From a virus (taxonomy: Duplodnaviria; Caudoviricetes), in the IMG/VR virus record IMGVR_UViG_3300028888_000055: a stretch of DNA of 64,000 nt; one strand, written 5' to 3'. Of this stretch, positions 1 through 12,728 are shown one piece after another. The translations under genes and the position numbers were made by a program. Numbering within the stretch: position 1 is the first letter of the stretch; each line of letters opens with the position of its first letter. The notes beneath the pieces were generated by a model. It was not told where the DNA came from, ran no database searches, and saw only the letters and a program-made list of their open reading frames with translations.

Positions 1-1
1 G

Positions 2-421
2 CAATCCATCGTAATTGAGTTGATAAAAAGTAATATGTTGGAGCCTGATATTGCTACGGAGGCGATTACAAGTAGAAGTCTTACAGAGCTTAAAGATATA
101 GTGAACAAAGCTTGGGCTAAAAAGAAAGAAGAGAATAATCAAATAGCTTAGCTTGGACAGCAGTTAGAAGAAGCACAAAAGCAAATAAATCAACTAACAC
201 AATAGAACCAATAGTTGCAAGCTAAAGTAAGTAATTTTGAAGAAGAAAGGCTTAAGATTGAAAGAGAACGTATGCAAATAGACTCTCAAATACGATGGTT
301 CCAGGCTCAAACTGAAAGATCTTACAAGAATGATTCTATTGAGGTTAACCGTCAAAAGGTTCAAATTGAATTAGAACAGCTTAATGATGGTAATCCTTAT
401 AACGACGAAGTTAAGTACTAA
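2..421 (+). CDS. Portal protein, C-terminal part (5' truncated by window)
   Basis: Open from base 2 with 3 TAG read as Q: ...KKKEENNQIAQLGQQLEEAQKQINQLTQQNQQLQAKV...ELEQLNDGNPYNDEVKY-TAA. Q-rich coiled coil resembling the C-terminal barrel of crAss portals; lies upstream of the capsid module. Confidence 0.65.
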
Positions 422-747
422 TGGAGCAAATAATTAATTTAATAGTAAATAGTTTTGATTTTGGGTATATGTTTTCTGTAAACGTATTAGCCTATTTACT
501 AATAAAAGTTTTAGATACAATAAATGGTAAGAAAGCTGTTCCTGTATGGTAGAAACGTCTTATAGCGGTTTTAGCGGGCGTTATTTTAGGAGCTATTATA
601 ATTATTTTCTAGGGCTTTAGCGTTCAAATATTATATAGCTTTATTTTAAGTTTAATCAGCTGGGATGTACTTTTTAAACCATTACTTAAGAAATTTAAAA
701 ATTTAGACTACTTTAAAGAAAATGAAAACGATCCTGACTTTGAGTAA
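421..747 (+). CDS. Small membrane protein, putative holin (108 aa)
   Basis: ATG overlaps the portal TAA (TAATG). MEQIINLIVNSFDFGYMFSVNVLAYLLIKVL...RLIAVLAGVILGAIIIIFQGFSVQILYSFILSLISW...KKFKNLDYFKENENDPDFE. About 3 hydrophobic segments plus a charged C-tail; 2 TAG. Missing from the ORF track. Confidence 0.6.
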
Positions 748-1591
748 AAAATGTGGATGTACTTTAAACATAGATGGTGCAGATCGTTGTGATTACATAG
801 ATTTAGTTAATCAGACATTATTCGATTTTACTTATGATAATACTGTTAGTGTAAACTTTTTATATTCAGTTGAGTGTGGAGAAGAAACTACTCCTGTTTT
901 AAACGATGATGGAATGTCTCCTTATAGCGTAATTATTCACGCGTTAGATGGAGCGAGACAAAAGGATCATGACGAAATAAAGCTAAAGAATGATGGCTGG
1001 TATAGAATAATTCACGCCGTACTTCCAACTAAAAAGGCTATAGAAGAAATGTAGTTATAGAAAGGAACGGTGATAGATAGTTTCATAACAGTAACTGGTT
1101 TTGACATCCCAGATCTCGTATATGCTTTTGATACAGAAGAATATAAGCTAGTTAAAGCAAATATAGTAACTATACAAACAATTACAGATGGGAAGTTAGA
1201 ATTCAAGAAGGTATTTACCTGGAAACAAGCATGCTGGGAAGAAATTATTGAAACTATTAATAGCCCATTATCTTCTACTGTTACTTATTGTGGAAAAGAT
1301 TATTTCAACTACTGTAAGTTGGAATAGGCTTATATGGATAAAATTAATGATTTAATTAAATTATATACTGGAGAAAATGGTATATGTATTAAGAATTGTG
1401 ATTCTTTTTCTAAAGATAATAATACTGATATATAGATAAGAGATTATTTTTGGATGGCAATGAATGCTATTAAATATTGTGTAGATATGGGAATGTATTG
1501 CAAAGCATTATCTATATTAAAATGTGTTGAAGCATGTAATATTTATAGCTCTAAATCAACTAGTAACAATGGAGACTGCGGATGTTCTTAA
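722..1591 (+). CDS. Hypothetical structural protein with C-terminal DCGCS (289 aa)
   Basis: Track ORFs 722-1054 and 1070-1327 are in one frame, joined across TAG, and continue to TAA at 1589-1591. Cys-rich. Confidence 0.75.
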
Positions 1592-1757
1592 GGATTTAAA
1601 GTTATAGGTTATTTAGGATGTGTCTGATTTATGTAAACGATTAGGCAATGGTTATTCTAAAAATTGTTATGAACCTACTCTTCAGAAGATTTCATTAATT
1701 GAGAATTACGAAAACTTAGATAATGGTAAAACATATTTACAATTATTTTTAAATTGA
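1569..1757 (+). CDS. Small hypothetical protein (62 aa)
   Basis: METADVLKDLKLQVIQDVSDLCKRLGNGYSKNCYEPTLQKISLIENYENLDNGKTYLQLFLN-TGA; 2 TAG; fills the gap exactly up to the next ATG at 1759. Confidence 0.65.
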
Positions 1758-1758
1758 T

Positions 1759-4068
1759 ATGGCAAAAAAGAATTGTACATGTTCCTAGTTATAGGAAACA
1801 ATCGACAAAATTTTTATAGATGACAGTTGCTGCTGCCAAAATACAGTAGTGACTCCTACTGATAATTGCTGCAATTGTGAACCAGTAATAGATTTAATAG
1901 ACACAGATAAGTTTGCATGTGCATCATTTGGTAAAGATCGCAATCTTAAATATAGAATAATAAGAGAAGAATGGCTGACAGGAGGAACTAATTCTAAGGA
2001 AGTATATGAAACTATTATAGAATGTCAAGCTTCTGGATCTATGCTGCTTATAAAAGTTATAAGAAATGATGTAAACGAAAATAGCAAAAATTATGTATTA
2101 CCTCCTTTAGAAGTTTCTTAGGATGTAGAATCAGGAGTATACTTTATAAAGTACTTGAAGTTTATAGGAGGAAATCTTCATTTATGCACATATACAATTA
2201 GATAGATTGACAATGATGGAGTGATCTTCTATGAGACTTCTTGGGAATCTAAAGCAATAGATGACTTTGATATTACTCAGTATTATACTAAAGATGAAAT
2301 CAATAATAAATTTGTTACTATAACTTATTTAACAAATAATTATTATACTGGTGATACTATTGATGCAGATTTTTATAGAAGAAGCGTTTTATACAGAAAA
2401 GATGAAATAGATGATATGTTTGCCAGAAAAATACTTTGGGAAAAGGGTAATGGCAGTATGTCTACTCAAAGAATTGGAGCACATTGTACCGCCAATGGTG
2501 ATGCCTCATTTGTAACAGGTTATAAAAATTCAGGAAGTGGTAATGGTGCTTCAGTTACTGGTAATAATAATACGGTTTCAGGAGATTATTCATTTGCTAC
2601 TGGACATGATAATATCATTGAAGGTAAAAGTAACTTTACAGCTGGTTATAGTAATCGTCTTGAATCTAATTATTCTATGGCCACAGGGTGGAATAATACA
2701 ATAAACGGTAACTACTCAGAAGCTTTAGGTGCTAGTAATACAATAGACGGAAACTGCAACTTTGCAGGAGGACAAAACAATATTATAAGTGAGGACAGTG
2801 ATACCAGTACTGCTTTTGGTTATAATAATCAAATATCTAGTAATTCATCTGCCGCATTTGGTTACCAGAATAAAATTATTGGTACAACTGATGAGAAGGG
2901 AAATAGACACGGCTCACGTTCATTCGCTGCTGGTAGAAATAATACAATAGAAGAAAGTAACTCTATGGCAGCTGGATCTTTAAATGTGGTAAAAGGTTCT
3001 AACTCTGCTGCTATAGGGGTTGAAAATGTTGTTAGTACTAATGTTTCATATGCAATAGGATATAATAATACTGCTAAGCGACACTACAGTTTAGCCTTAA
3101 ATCATCAAAGTAGAAGTCACGGTAGAGCAAGTATTGCTGCAGGTAGACGTTCATTTACCGATGGTACTGGAGCTTTCGCTATTGGTACTCCTATTAATGT
3201 ATATTATTATGCAACATTAGTAGCCCCTAACGCTTAGGGACCAACTGAGGATAATCCAACTTCAGATCCAGATTATGGATATCTTGTATTGACTGATATC
3301 TATGGTAATCGTGTCAATGTAGATCAAAACTCTATTCAAGCAAAACGTTTTACTTTTATAGCCGAAAATTCCTATTATGGAGAATTATCAATTGACTTAA
3401 CTGAAGCAGAAAAAGGAAATGCTCAATATACTACTCGTTTCCCAGAGTTTGGTGCATGGCCTCAACTTATAGATGTTAAATTTGTTTAGGGCCCATCTAA
3501 TAATACATATTTATATTTTAAACCCTCTGCTACTGATGATGTTGTTTGGTTATTTAAGAATACTATACGAGATGCGGAGGATAATTGGGCAGACGGTGTA
3601 CGTAATATAGGATATGCATCAGGATTTGATGGTTGTAAGGCCCTTGACCACGGTGGACAAGCTGTAGGTTATGGTACAGTAGCAAGCGGTATGGGTAGTC
3701 ATAGCGAAGGTATAAATACTTATACTTAGAATGATGGAGAACACGCTTGTGGAAAATATAATTATTCTGATAGTACTACTTTATTTTCAGTAGGTAGTGG
3801 TAACCAAGAATATGTTAATTATCATGATGGCACTGATATAACAATACATCGAAAAAATGCTCTTGAAATAACTAACGATAATAAAATTTATTTACGTTTT
3901 AAAGATGGAAATGGTAATGAAAATCTTTATGACTTGGGTAAGATGTTAGATCTCTTAATGAGCAATGTATTATCATCAGCGCAAATAGACAGTTTGAAAG
4001 TTACTAATAGACAAGAAGATATTGATAATGCAGACGGCCTAGTACCTCTGAGCCTTAAAGAATATTAA
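1759..4068 (+). CDS. Tail fibre/adhesin with YadA-head-like (Hep/Hag) beta-roll repeats (769 aa)
   Basis: Track ORFs 1849, 2221 and 3289 share a frame and are joined across TAG. About 14-aa repeats S(F/A)A.G..N.(I/V).G..S; C-terminal TLFSVGSG...RKNALEI; Cys-rich N-terminus; ends TAA. Confidence 0.8.
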
Positions 4069-4079
4069 TAAATATTATT

Positions 4080-7000
4080 ATGAGTAATTACGAAGTCGAT
4101 CCTAATATTAAATAGATATTAGATTTAAAAATCAATAAAGGAGTGTTTCCCCTTACAGTAGATAGTGCTGTAATAGCACATTCTCCTAATGGGGAAACCA
4201 CTTACTTAGATTCTGTTGTAGATTACCTATATCAATAGGTAGCTAATAAATTAAGATTATATACAGAGTAGGATGGAGCTTATACAAAAGGAAAAGCTTA
4301 TCCTGCTACTATGGGCGTACAAAATGCTAATAATATTAACGCTTTATAGGGTACTGTAAATAATTATGCTTCTATATTATCTGCGTTACAACAGCAAATT
4401 AATAATATGGACCCTACAGATGATATTACATCTATAAACAATACTATATAGAGATTGTGGGGTATCCTTAATAGTTTATCGGAAGCTTCTGAATATTCAT
4501 ATCAAGAAATTAAATTTTCTGACTCTTAGACTGTACCTCCTAGTGACCTTGATAACACCACTTATTGGAAGGCTAGACCACTAGATAATCCTCAACACTT
4601 GTGGTTAGGAATTAGAACAATAACAATTACAAGAGGAGAAGACGGTAGGCCTATAATAACTAAAGGAGATACTATGGTAGTATCCCTTCAAGGCCCTAAA
4701 GGAGAAAGAGGTGAAAAAGGAGAAAGAGGTGCAGATGGTAGTAAAGGTAGTACAGGAATTCCAGGAAAATCTTATAAACCTGTATTAATGTATAAATGGA
4801 CTGAATCTAGAACTTCTGCTCCAGCTACACCTACTGATCCAAGAAATTAGGGATGGACTGAAAGCCCTAACAATCCAGTAGGAGAAAACAAGTATCTTTG
4901 GATGACATAGAATCATCTAGATGTAAGTAACAATACTTATGTCAATCCTACTTGGTCAACACCTGTTTGTCTAAGTGGAGAAGATGGTGTAGGTTCAGAT
5001 GGAAAGGGAGTCGAATTTATTTATTTCTTGTCTAGTAGTCAAAATATTCCTTCTGTAGAAAGTTTAAATCGTTATTATAATAATGAAGATCCTAGATTTC
5101 AGCAGGATGATTTCCCATTTGGTGAAGATGGAGTTCCAATAGTTCCTACTGATGGATGGACTGACAACCCATCTGGAATTACCTAGGAATATCAATATGA
5201 ATATGCTTCTTTTAGAGAAGGTAGTGCTGGAAATTGGAAACCATTTAGTGCTCCATTTTTATGGTCAAGATGGGGAGAAAATGGTATTGATGGAGACGGC
5301 GTAGAATATATTTATTTTACAACAACAGGAGAAAAAGAATGGCCTGAAAGTGTTTCATACACTGATCCAATGAGTGAAGACCCAAGAGCTTGGACTAATT
5401 TAGATAGATTTCAAGAGGATGATTTTATCCCAACAGAGTAGTAGGATGAATGGTTTGATGAGCCTCAAGAATTAGACCCTATTTATACTCATCAGTATGT
5501 ATCCATGCGTAAGAAAACTAAAGTTGGTAAAGCTAAAAAATGGGGAGCATATACAATGCCTAAATTATGGAATGTATATTCTGGAACTGGGGATAGATAT
5601 GTAATGCTATATCAATGGACGGATACTAGAGAGGCTCCAGCGGCTCCTACTACAGGGAACTTAGGAAATTGGACAGAATCCCCAGGTAATGCTGATAATT
5701 AGTATTTATGGATGGTTGGAGGCTATGCTCGAGCAGAAGATAATTATGATTCAGGGTATATTACTGTATCTCAATGGTCATCTCCCGTATGTTTATCTGG
5801 TAATGACGGCGTAGGTACAGATGGTACTGGAATTGAATTTATATTCTTTAGAACTGATGATATTAACACATCACCAAGTGTAGCTGAAATGAATGCTTAT
5901 AAAGATGGCTCTGAACAATAGCAACAATGGTTCCAATATGAAGACTTCCCATTTATTGATGGAGATAATATATTTCATAATGGTTGGACAGATAATCCGC
6001 AAGGTATTACTCAAGACCAAAAGTATGAATGGGCTTCATTTAGACAAAGCAGTGGAGGGAGATGGGATTATTTCTGCACTCCATTCCGTTGGTCTATGTG
6101 GGGAGAAGATGGAGTAGATGGTGATGGAGTTGAATATATTTATTATCGCTGTAATAATGGTAATAGATGGACAGGTGTGACTCAAAGTGAGGATCCTGTT
6201 TAGCCTAAAGCACAGCCAAGTGATTCAAATTTTCAAAGTGATGATCCTGCCGATCCTAGAACGTGGTCAAATGATCCAGATTTTCAAAACCTAGAATTTA
6301 TTAAAGACGGTTAGGAATGGGATGGCTAGCCTAATACTCTTGGATGGAGTGATGATCCAAGAGGGGTAACAGAAAATAATATGTATGAGTATGTAAGTTC
6401 CCGTAAAAAAGAGCCAGATCCAAGTAATCCTCGTAAAAAAATCTGGGGAGAATATTCTCAACCAGTATTATGGGCTAAATTTGGAAAGAATGGACGTGAT
6501 GGTTAGGACGGACAGGCAGCTTCGCAAGGCTTAAGTGGTCCAGTTGTTCGATTTAGAGGAGCATATGATTCAAATATTCCTAGTACAGATAATCCCTATA
6601 TAAATTCTTCTTTAAATACAGTTCTTCCACCTACTGCTATTCGTTATATAGATGTAGTATATGTTGATGCTAATGGTCAAAAAACCTATTACATGGTAAG
6701 ACCTCAATAGGATGGAACGCGACATCCTACTACTGCTCCTACAAATACAGAAGATTGGGAAGAAGCTGTTGGATATTCATTTATTGCTGCGGAAGCCTTA
6801 TATGCACACAATGCACATATAGACAATTTATCAGGTTATGAATTTGTAGTACAAGACAATATTGATAACAATTATATTGTTGCTGGTATGACTGGAGGTA
6901 ATGTAGTAAATTCTGTTGTTAACAGTAATTACTAGGACAATCCTGTAAGAATTTGGGCAGGATCTCGTGCAAGGGAAGATATCGATTTGCAAGGGGAAAA

Positions 7001-8237
7001 TATTCCATTTAAAGTATTCCAAGACGGTAAGTTAAAAGCTACTAATGCAGAAATTAAGGGTGATTTATCATTAGATTCTTTGTCCCTTACAGGGAATGAG
7101 GGCTCTTATTATTATAATAAAGAGTCAATAACATTACCACAAGTTGATACCGATAAACATACAGTTATTTTTATAATAACTACATTTAATGCCACCAAAG
7201 TAAGTCCTCATTCTGGAGATGTTTTATTTGCTCTTTCTAATAATAATATTACAACAACTAACTCGGAAGTTAGTTTAAATAAATATAAAATATATTTAGC
7301 TATTAGTATTAAAGATGGGGCGAATTCAGGATGGCTTATTTAGGATCTTAACTCTATAGAGATACCTTCACAAACCTATTATTACTCAAAAGATATAATA
7401 AATAGAAATGAAGGAGAAGCCCTGCCTTCATGGACAGTAGTTGCTGACAGTCATGATGATCAAGCATTTATTCCACTAGAAGGGACTAATCAGTAGCTTT
7501 GTACATTTTCTACTTCTACTGATATTGCTTCTACTTCAATAACAGATACTCGTAAATTTACTATATCAGGAAGTTTATTATTTTCAGTACCTGGTAGAAA
7601 TGATCTTAGTGCTAGAATAACATTGAAAGAAGTCGATATAACAGACCTTGATAGTACTTTTACTGACACACACTTAAATTAGGATGGTTCTATTAACGGA
7701 AAAATTACAGTACGAAATATTATTAATATTTACTTGTAGAACATGAATTAGTTAGTTCTTGATACTGGAGGCTAGATTACTAAATAGGATTCAACAATAT
7801 GGATAAAGCCAACTTTATTTAGTATAGGAGAATCTACTTCAGTGACTGTTAGACCTTCTATAATGTTAGTAGAATCTTTTCATTATACATCTTCTACAAA
7901 TCATGTTGCCCCAACAACGACTAATACAGTTAGTTCTAATGGATTTGTCATAAAAGATGGCAGCATAGTAGCAACTGATATGCCTGAGGGGGCTACTGTA
8001 AATATGAAAGATTGTATCGTTTATAAAGATGTAACTGGAACAGCTGCTTAGGAACAATATGAAGTAGTTAACTTTGGAGCTTCTAATGTAACTATTGGAA
8101 ATATAACAGTAAATCCTAATGAACCAACAATAATAAAAGCTAAACCTAATGTGCATATAGATTTTTCTGATATTACAGCAATAGATGCTTCAGGTATTAT
8201 AGATCCTGCAGAACAAGGAGATCCAGTTAATCATTAA
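4080..8237 (+). CDS. Large tail fibre protein with collagen-like segment and duplicated Trp/Pro-rich modules (1385 aa)
   Basis: Track ORFs 4599, 5505, 5712, 6987 and 7842 are all in one frame. GPKGERGEKGERGADG collagen stretch; repeated WTD/ExP...W..P..W...GEDGVDGDGVEYIY modules; TAA at 8235-8237. Confidence 0.8.
4770..6490 (+). repeat. Intragenic tandem duplication (about 825-bp unit, two diverged copies)
   Basis: LMYKWTESRTSAPATPT / MLYQWTDTREAPAAPTT; WSTPVCLSGEDGVGSDG / WSSPVCLSGNDGVGTDG; WTDNPSGIT / WTDNPQGIT; WGENGIDGDGVEYIY / WGEDGVDGDGVEYIY. Confidence 0.8.
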
Positions 8238-8276
8238 TATTTTTATTAAAATTTTTTAACTGTTAAAAAATTGTAG

Positions 8277-8284
8277 TATATTTG
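8277..8284 (+). promoter_or_regulatory. Bacteroidetes housekeeping-sigma -7 promoter element (TATATTTG)
   Basis: TAnnTTTG followed by CA, in an AT-rich intergenic gap 43 nt before ATG 8327. Confidence 0.6.
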
Positions 8285-8326
8285 CAGTATTATTTAGATA
8301 TAAGTTTATTTTAAATTTAATTAAAA

Positions 8327-8599
8327 ATGTTTATGAAAGTATTTTATGCATTATTGATGGCACTTATCACATTTGTAATTGGTTTAATTCCAATGTTAAT
8401 GGGTGCTCCTGTAGCTGCTGGTATGGTAGTTGCTGCAATTGGCGGTGTACTTGCAGCTGGTAGTTATTGGTTTGGTGCTAGTGTAGAAGGCAACTACGGC
8501 TTTACTAAGCAGTCTTGGATTGCTATGGCTATTCAGGCAGTTGGTATTGTTTTAGGCGTAGCTGTTGCAGGTGGTATCTTCTTATTCCCAGGTGTATAA
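8327..8599 (+). CDS. Small 3-TM membrane protein, holin candidate (90 aa)
   Basis: Almost entirely hydrophobic and Gly/Ala-rich; no TAG; ends TAA. Confidence 0.7.
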   Translation: MFMKVFYALLMALITFVIGLIPMLMGAPVAAGMVVAAIGGVLAAGSYWFGASVEGNYGFTKQSWIAMAIQAVGIVLGVAVAGGIFLFPGV

Positions 8600-8859
8600 T
8601 GTTTTAGCTTGATAAACTATGTCATTTTGCTGCCTGTTTATTAATTACATTAATTTGGGGAGCATTAACTTGGGCCATTACTCCAACTGTTGGAGCTATT
8701 TTAATTAGCGGAGCAGGTGCTGGTTTAGGCGCAGGTTTTGGAAAAGAATATGGTGATTTAGTTGCTAAAGATAATACTTGGGATTGGAAAGATATTATTG
8801 CAGATGTTGTAGGAGTAGCAGTAGCAGTATTGATACTTCTAATAATAATGATATTATAA
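8599..8859 (+). CDS. VanZ/YfiM-like small membrane protein (86 aa)
   Basis: MFQLDKLCHFAAC...GKEYGD...WDWKDIIADVVG. The DK..HF / KE..D / W...D..AD..G pattern is typical of VanZ-like proteins. TAG at codon 3; TAATG coupling with the previous gene. Confidence 0.65.
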
Positions 8860-8860
8860 T

Positions 8861-8897
8861 ATTATTACATAGGAGAGTAATTCTCCTATGTAATAAT
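8861..8897 (+). terminator. Perfect 16-bp hairpin, probable intrinsic terminator
   Basis: attattacataggaga-gtaat-tctcctatgtaataat immediately after the stop at 8859. Confidence 0.7.
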
Positions 8898-8917
8898 TTA
8901 CATTATTTTCGTAAAAA

Positions 8918-9364
8918 ATGGATAATTTAATAAGAGTAAAACAGATAATAGACCATATAACTAAAGAGCCTTACTATCCTACTAGTCATGCGATAGCTGT
9001 TGGATATACTGATGCAAATGGAGAATGTACGACAGTTTAGGACGCTTTGGATACTTTAAGGAATGCTTTTGAAACATTAAATAAATTTTATCTTACACTT
9101 GGTTATAATTCGGATTAGGCTTTTCCAGGAAATGAAGGTAAAGCGTTGCAAGATCAATTTGCATCCTTAACTGTAGATGATGCTTTAAGTCTAGAATCTA
9201 CAAAACCAGTATAGAATAAAGTTATAACAGAAGCAGTAAATTAGTTATTTAGTTGTATTACTGATAGAGTGTGTTATTGCACACCTCGAGATGTACATTA
9301 TATAAAATATTAGGTAATCGATTCTCCTGATATTAATGGAGAAATTACTTATTCTCACATTTAA
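8918..9364 (+). CDS. Small fibre-associated protein (148 aa)
   Basis: MDNLIRVKQIIDHITKEPYYPTS...AFPGNEGKALQ...VDDALSLESTKPVQNKVITEA; several TAG; TAA at 9362-9364. Missing from the ORF track. Confidence 0.7.
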
Positions 9365-9374
9365 CTAATTAGCA

Positions 9375-11555
9375 ATGAATACAAACAACGCTGTACAATT
9401 ACAAGATAAGATAGATGGACACGACATTTATCCTAGAACATTAGCATCTTTGGTACAAACCTCTGATGGTTCAAATATCGAAGATGGAAAAGCTAATAAG
9501 AGTGATGTTTATACTAAAAATTAGGTAAATGCACTTTTAGAAGATAAATAGAATACCTTAGTAAGTGGTTCTAATATTAAAACAATAAATGGACAATCCA
9601 TATTAGGAGATGGCAATATTACTGTGGCTGCAGATTCGGATAAAATAAAGCAACCTTATGCTACAGAAGATACAAATTATAGAATATTATTAAATGGAGA
9701 ACCCAATAATTATGATGATACTAAGCAATCTGTAGCTCAAGCTTCTGATGTTAGTATTAATCCTGTTTTAAGATAGACAACTTTTTATTCAAATAAAGAC
9801 TAGCGTTCGTATCCTATTAAAATTACAGACGGAAAAATAACTTTTGGAGATCCCGCTAATTATATAGATGAAGATAATTACACTGGAACTGCTGATAAAG
9901 CAACTAAGGATGCTTCTGGAAATGTAATTTCTGAAACTTATATGACTAAACGCGCCGCACAAGAAGAGTTAGCTGAAAAATAGGATATTTTAGAAAGTGG
10001 TATTAATATTAAAACTGTTAATAATCAGTCATTACTTGGCAGAGGAAATGTTGTAATTGATTCTGCCCCCGATTTAAGTAATTATTATACTAAAGATGAA
10101 GTAGATAGATCCTTAAGAGGAAAACAGAATACTTTAACTTTTGATGAAACTCCACAAAGAAACAGTCCTAATGTTGTAAAGAGTGGAGGCGTTGAAAGTG
10201 CTTTAGCAGCAAAACAAAACGTTCTTGTTAGTGGCTAGTCTATCAAGACTATTAATGGAGAATCTATTTTAGGAAGTGGCAATATTGATACTTAGGTTAT
10301 ACAAAATCTAAATAATCAAAGTACTCCAAGACATTTCTTAATGAGTACAGTAGCTCATAGCGGTGATGCGGGTGATACCGATTATTCTGATGAAGTAGCA
10401 TTTACTCCTACTACAAGAATTTTTACAATTATTACAACTAAAGATCCTGATAGTGAGACACCAATTTCTTATCCTGTAAATATAGAAAACGGTGGTATGA
10501 CTTTCGGATACTTAGGTAATGAGGGACATATTGATGCTGAAGAATATACTGGTAGAGCTTTAGGTTCTGAAACTCAAATTATGGAAACTCTAGCAGTTGC
10601 CGACATGGAAAATGTTGGATTAAATGACGGTGCTGCCAAGATTGGATTTTATAATGATGATACTGATGAAAATATTACAGTAAGAGAAGGTATTCTTAGT
10701 AAATAGGATAAATTAGTTAGTGGCACTAATATAAAAACAATCAATAATTCTTCCATTTTGGGAAGTGGTAATTTAGCCTTAGCAGGTTTAGATGAAGCTA
10801 CAAGCAAATCTATCATTTATAAGGCTTTAAAGCAAGGAGAAGAACAAATGCTAGTACTAAAATCTATGGGAAATTTAGATATTATACCTTTAGATTCTAG
10901 TTTAGAGCAATTTGATTTAAATGAAGATGGTACTATCAACTATTCCGAAATTTCAATAATATATGCTATATTATTAGGTCGACCATACGATGGTTTCTAT
11001 TATAAAGTAACCCATCAAACTGAAGGAGATCCAACTTCTCCATTACTTTTACAAAAGTCTGAAGATAATAGAACTTGGACAACTGTAGTAGGCAAAAATC
11101 CAGACATAGTTGATAACGACGGTGCAGTGACAGCGGCTGAAGTTAGTGAGCTTTATAATATAATAGAAACTGTATCTACTCAACAGGGAATTGCCTATGA
11201 TCGTTCGGAATTTACTGGAAGCACTACTGTATTTTCCGCATATGATTCAAAAGAAAAGAAAATTATAATAGGCTATAATTTTGAAAGATATATTGATCCT
11301 ACATATGATAGGGATACTTATACCTTATTAAAATTAGATCCAAGTCCTAATGTTATATATTGTAACTCTTTCAATAATAAGTTATATCGTTGGAATAAAA
11401 ATTCTGAAACAATGGTAGAAATTAACTTAGCTGTACCCACAGAATTAAATAATCTTTTAACTCGCGTAGAACAAGTAGAAAGATAGATAGAAAACTATGA
11501 AGGAACAGTAAGTAGTGACGATCCTACTACTCCTGTAGGCCCATCTAAGCAGTAA
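9375..11555 (+). CDS. Fibre protein with four KQxxLxSGxNIKTIN repeats and a dockerin-like EF-hand pair (726 aa)
   Basis: Track ORFs 10341 and 10758 are in frame with ATG 9375. Repeats at about 9546, 9978, 10212 and 10701; TAA at 11553-11555. Confidence 0.8.
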
Positions 11556-11598
11556 TCAAAAAATAATAAAATAACATAATAAATAAATATGAATTAAT

Positions 11599-12711
11599 AT
11601 GGCAATGACAGTAAATGACATTGATGATTACAATGACGACATCTTTGAAGAAGATCCTGTAGAAGATGGAGATAATTATCAAGAAGAAAATCAGGACGTA
11701 GATCCATTTGATGATGAAGATTTTAGTGAAGATTATGAAGATGGTGAAATTTATGGAGACCCAGAAGGTGAAGATGACGATGCCAATTCTGAAGAGTCTA
11801 TAACAGATAAATTTTTAAGAACTAAGGGCATTAATCCTAGAGCTGTTAAATTTGAAAGTTCTGATGGTTATACTGAATAGGACTTTAATGATTTATCAGA
11901 AGAAGAACAACTTCAAATTCTTCAATCTAGTGAATTGGATGATGATTATGGCTTAACAGACGATGAAATTAATGTAATTAATTCAATGCGTCGTAATAAT
12001 TGGAGTCCTTCTGATTACAATAATTATATAGCAAACTTGGCTATTAAAAATTATGTAAGTCAACAACAAAGTTTAGATGAACCAATATATAATATAGATA
12101 ATTTTTCAGACGAAGAATTATATTTGATTGATTTAAAACAGTAGATTCCCGACATTACAGATGAAGAAGCTTATAACGAATTAGATAATGCGAAACTTAA
12201 TCCTGAAGTTTTCAATAAACGAATCCAGAGTTTAAGAGAAGAGTATAAAGATAGAGAAGACTCTATACGAGAAAGAGCAGAAGCAGATGCTAAAGCGGCT
12301 GCAGATGCTCAAATGGAACAGTTTAGTAATACTATTTTAAATACTATAGAACAAAATTCCGTTATCGATTTAGGAGATTCTTCATTAGAAATGTCAAACG
12401 AAGATAAAAACGTTGTAGCAAACTTTTTATTAGGTAAAGACCAGGCAGGAGTAAGACACGTTGCGAGAGCCTTAAATGATCCCAAATCTTTAGTTGAGAT
12501 GGCTTGGTATTTAACTAGAGGAAGAGAAGCGTTTAATACTTTATAGAATTACTATAAGTAGAAAATTACTGAAACAGCTAGACGTAATTATACAAAAGGT
12601 TATGAAGATGCCTCTGGTGGTCGTAAAGCTAATTCTGCCAAGGCCGTAGTAAAAAGATCCAAGAAAAATGCTCCCTTAAACAGGGAATTAACTATAGACG
12701 ATATAGATTAA
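11599..12711 (+). CDS. Acidic putative capsid scaffold protein (370 aa)
   Basis: Track ORFs 11599, 11935 and 12313 share a frame. Very D/E-rich N-terminus, coiled coil, directly upstream of the MCP as in crAss-like phages. Confidence 0.7.
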
Positions 12712-12728
12712 TTTAAAATTTAAATAAT

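Noticed and set aside
1759-4068. Bacterial trimeric autotransporter (host gene)
   Set aside because: It has YadA-like head repeats but no signal peptide or C-terminal beta-barrel anchor, and it is TAG-recoded like its phage neighbours.
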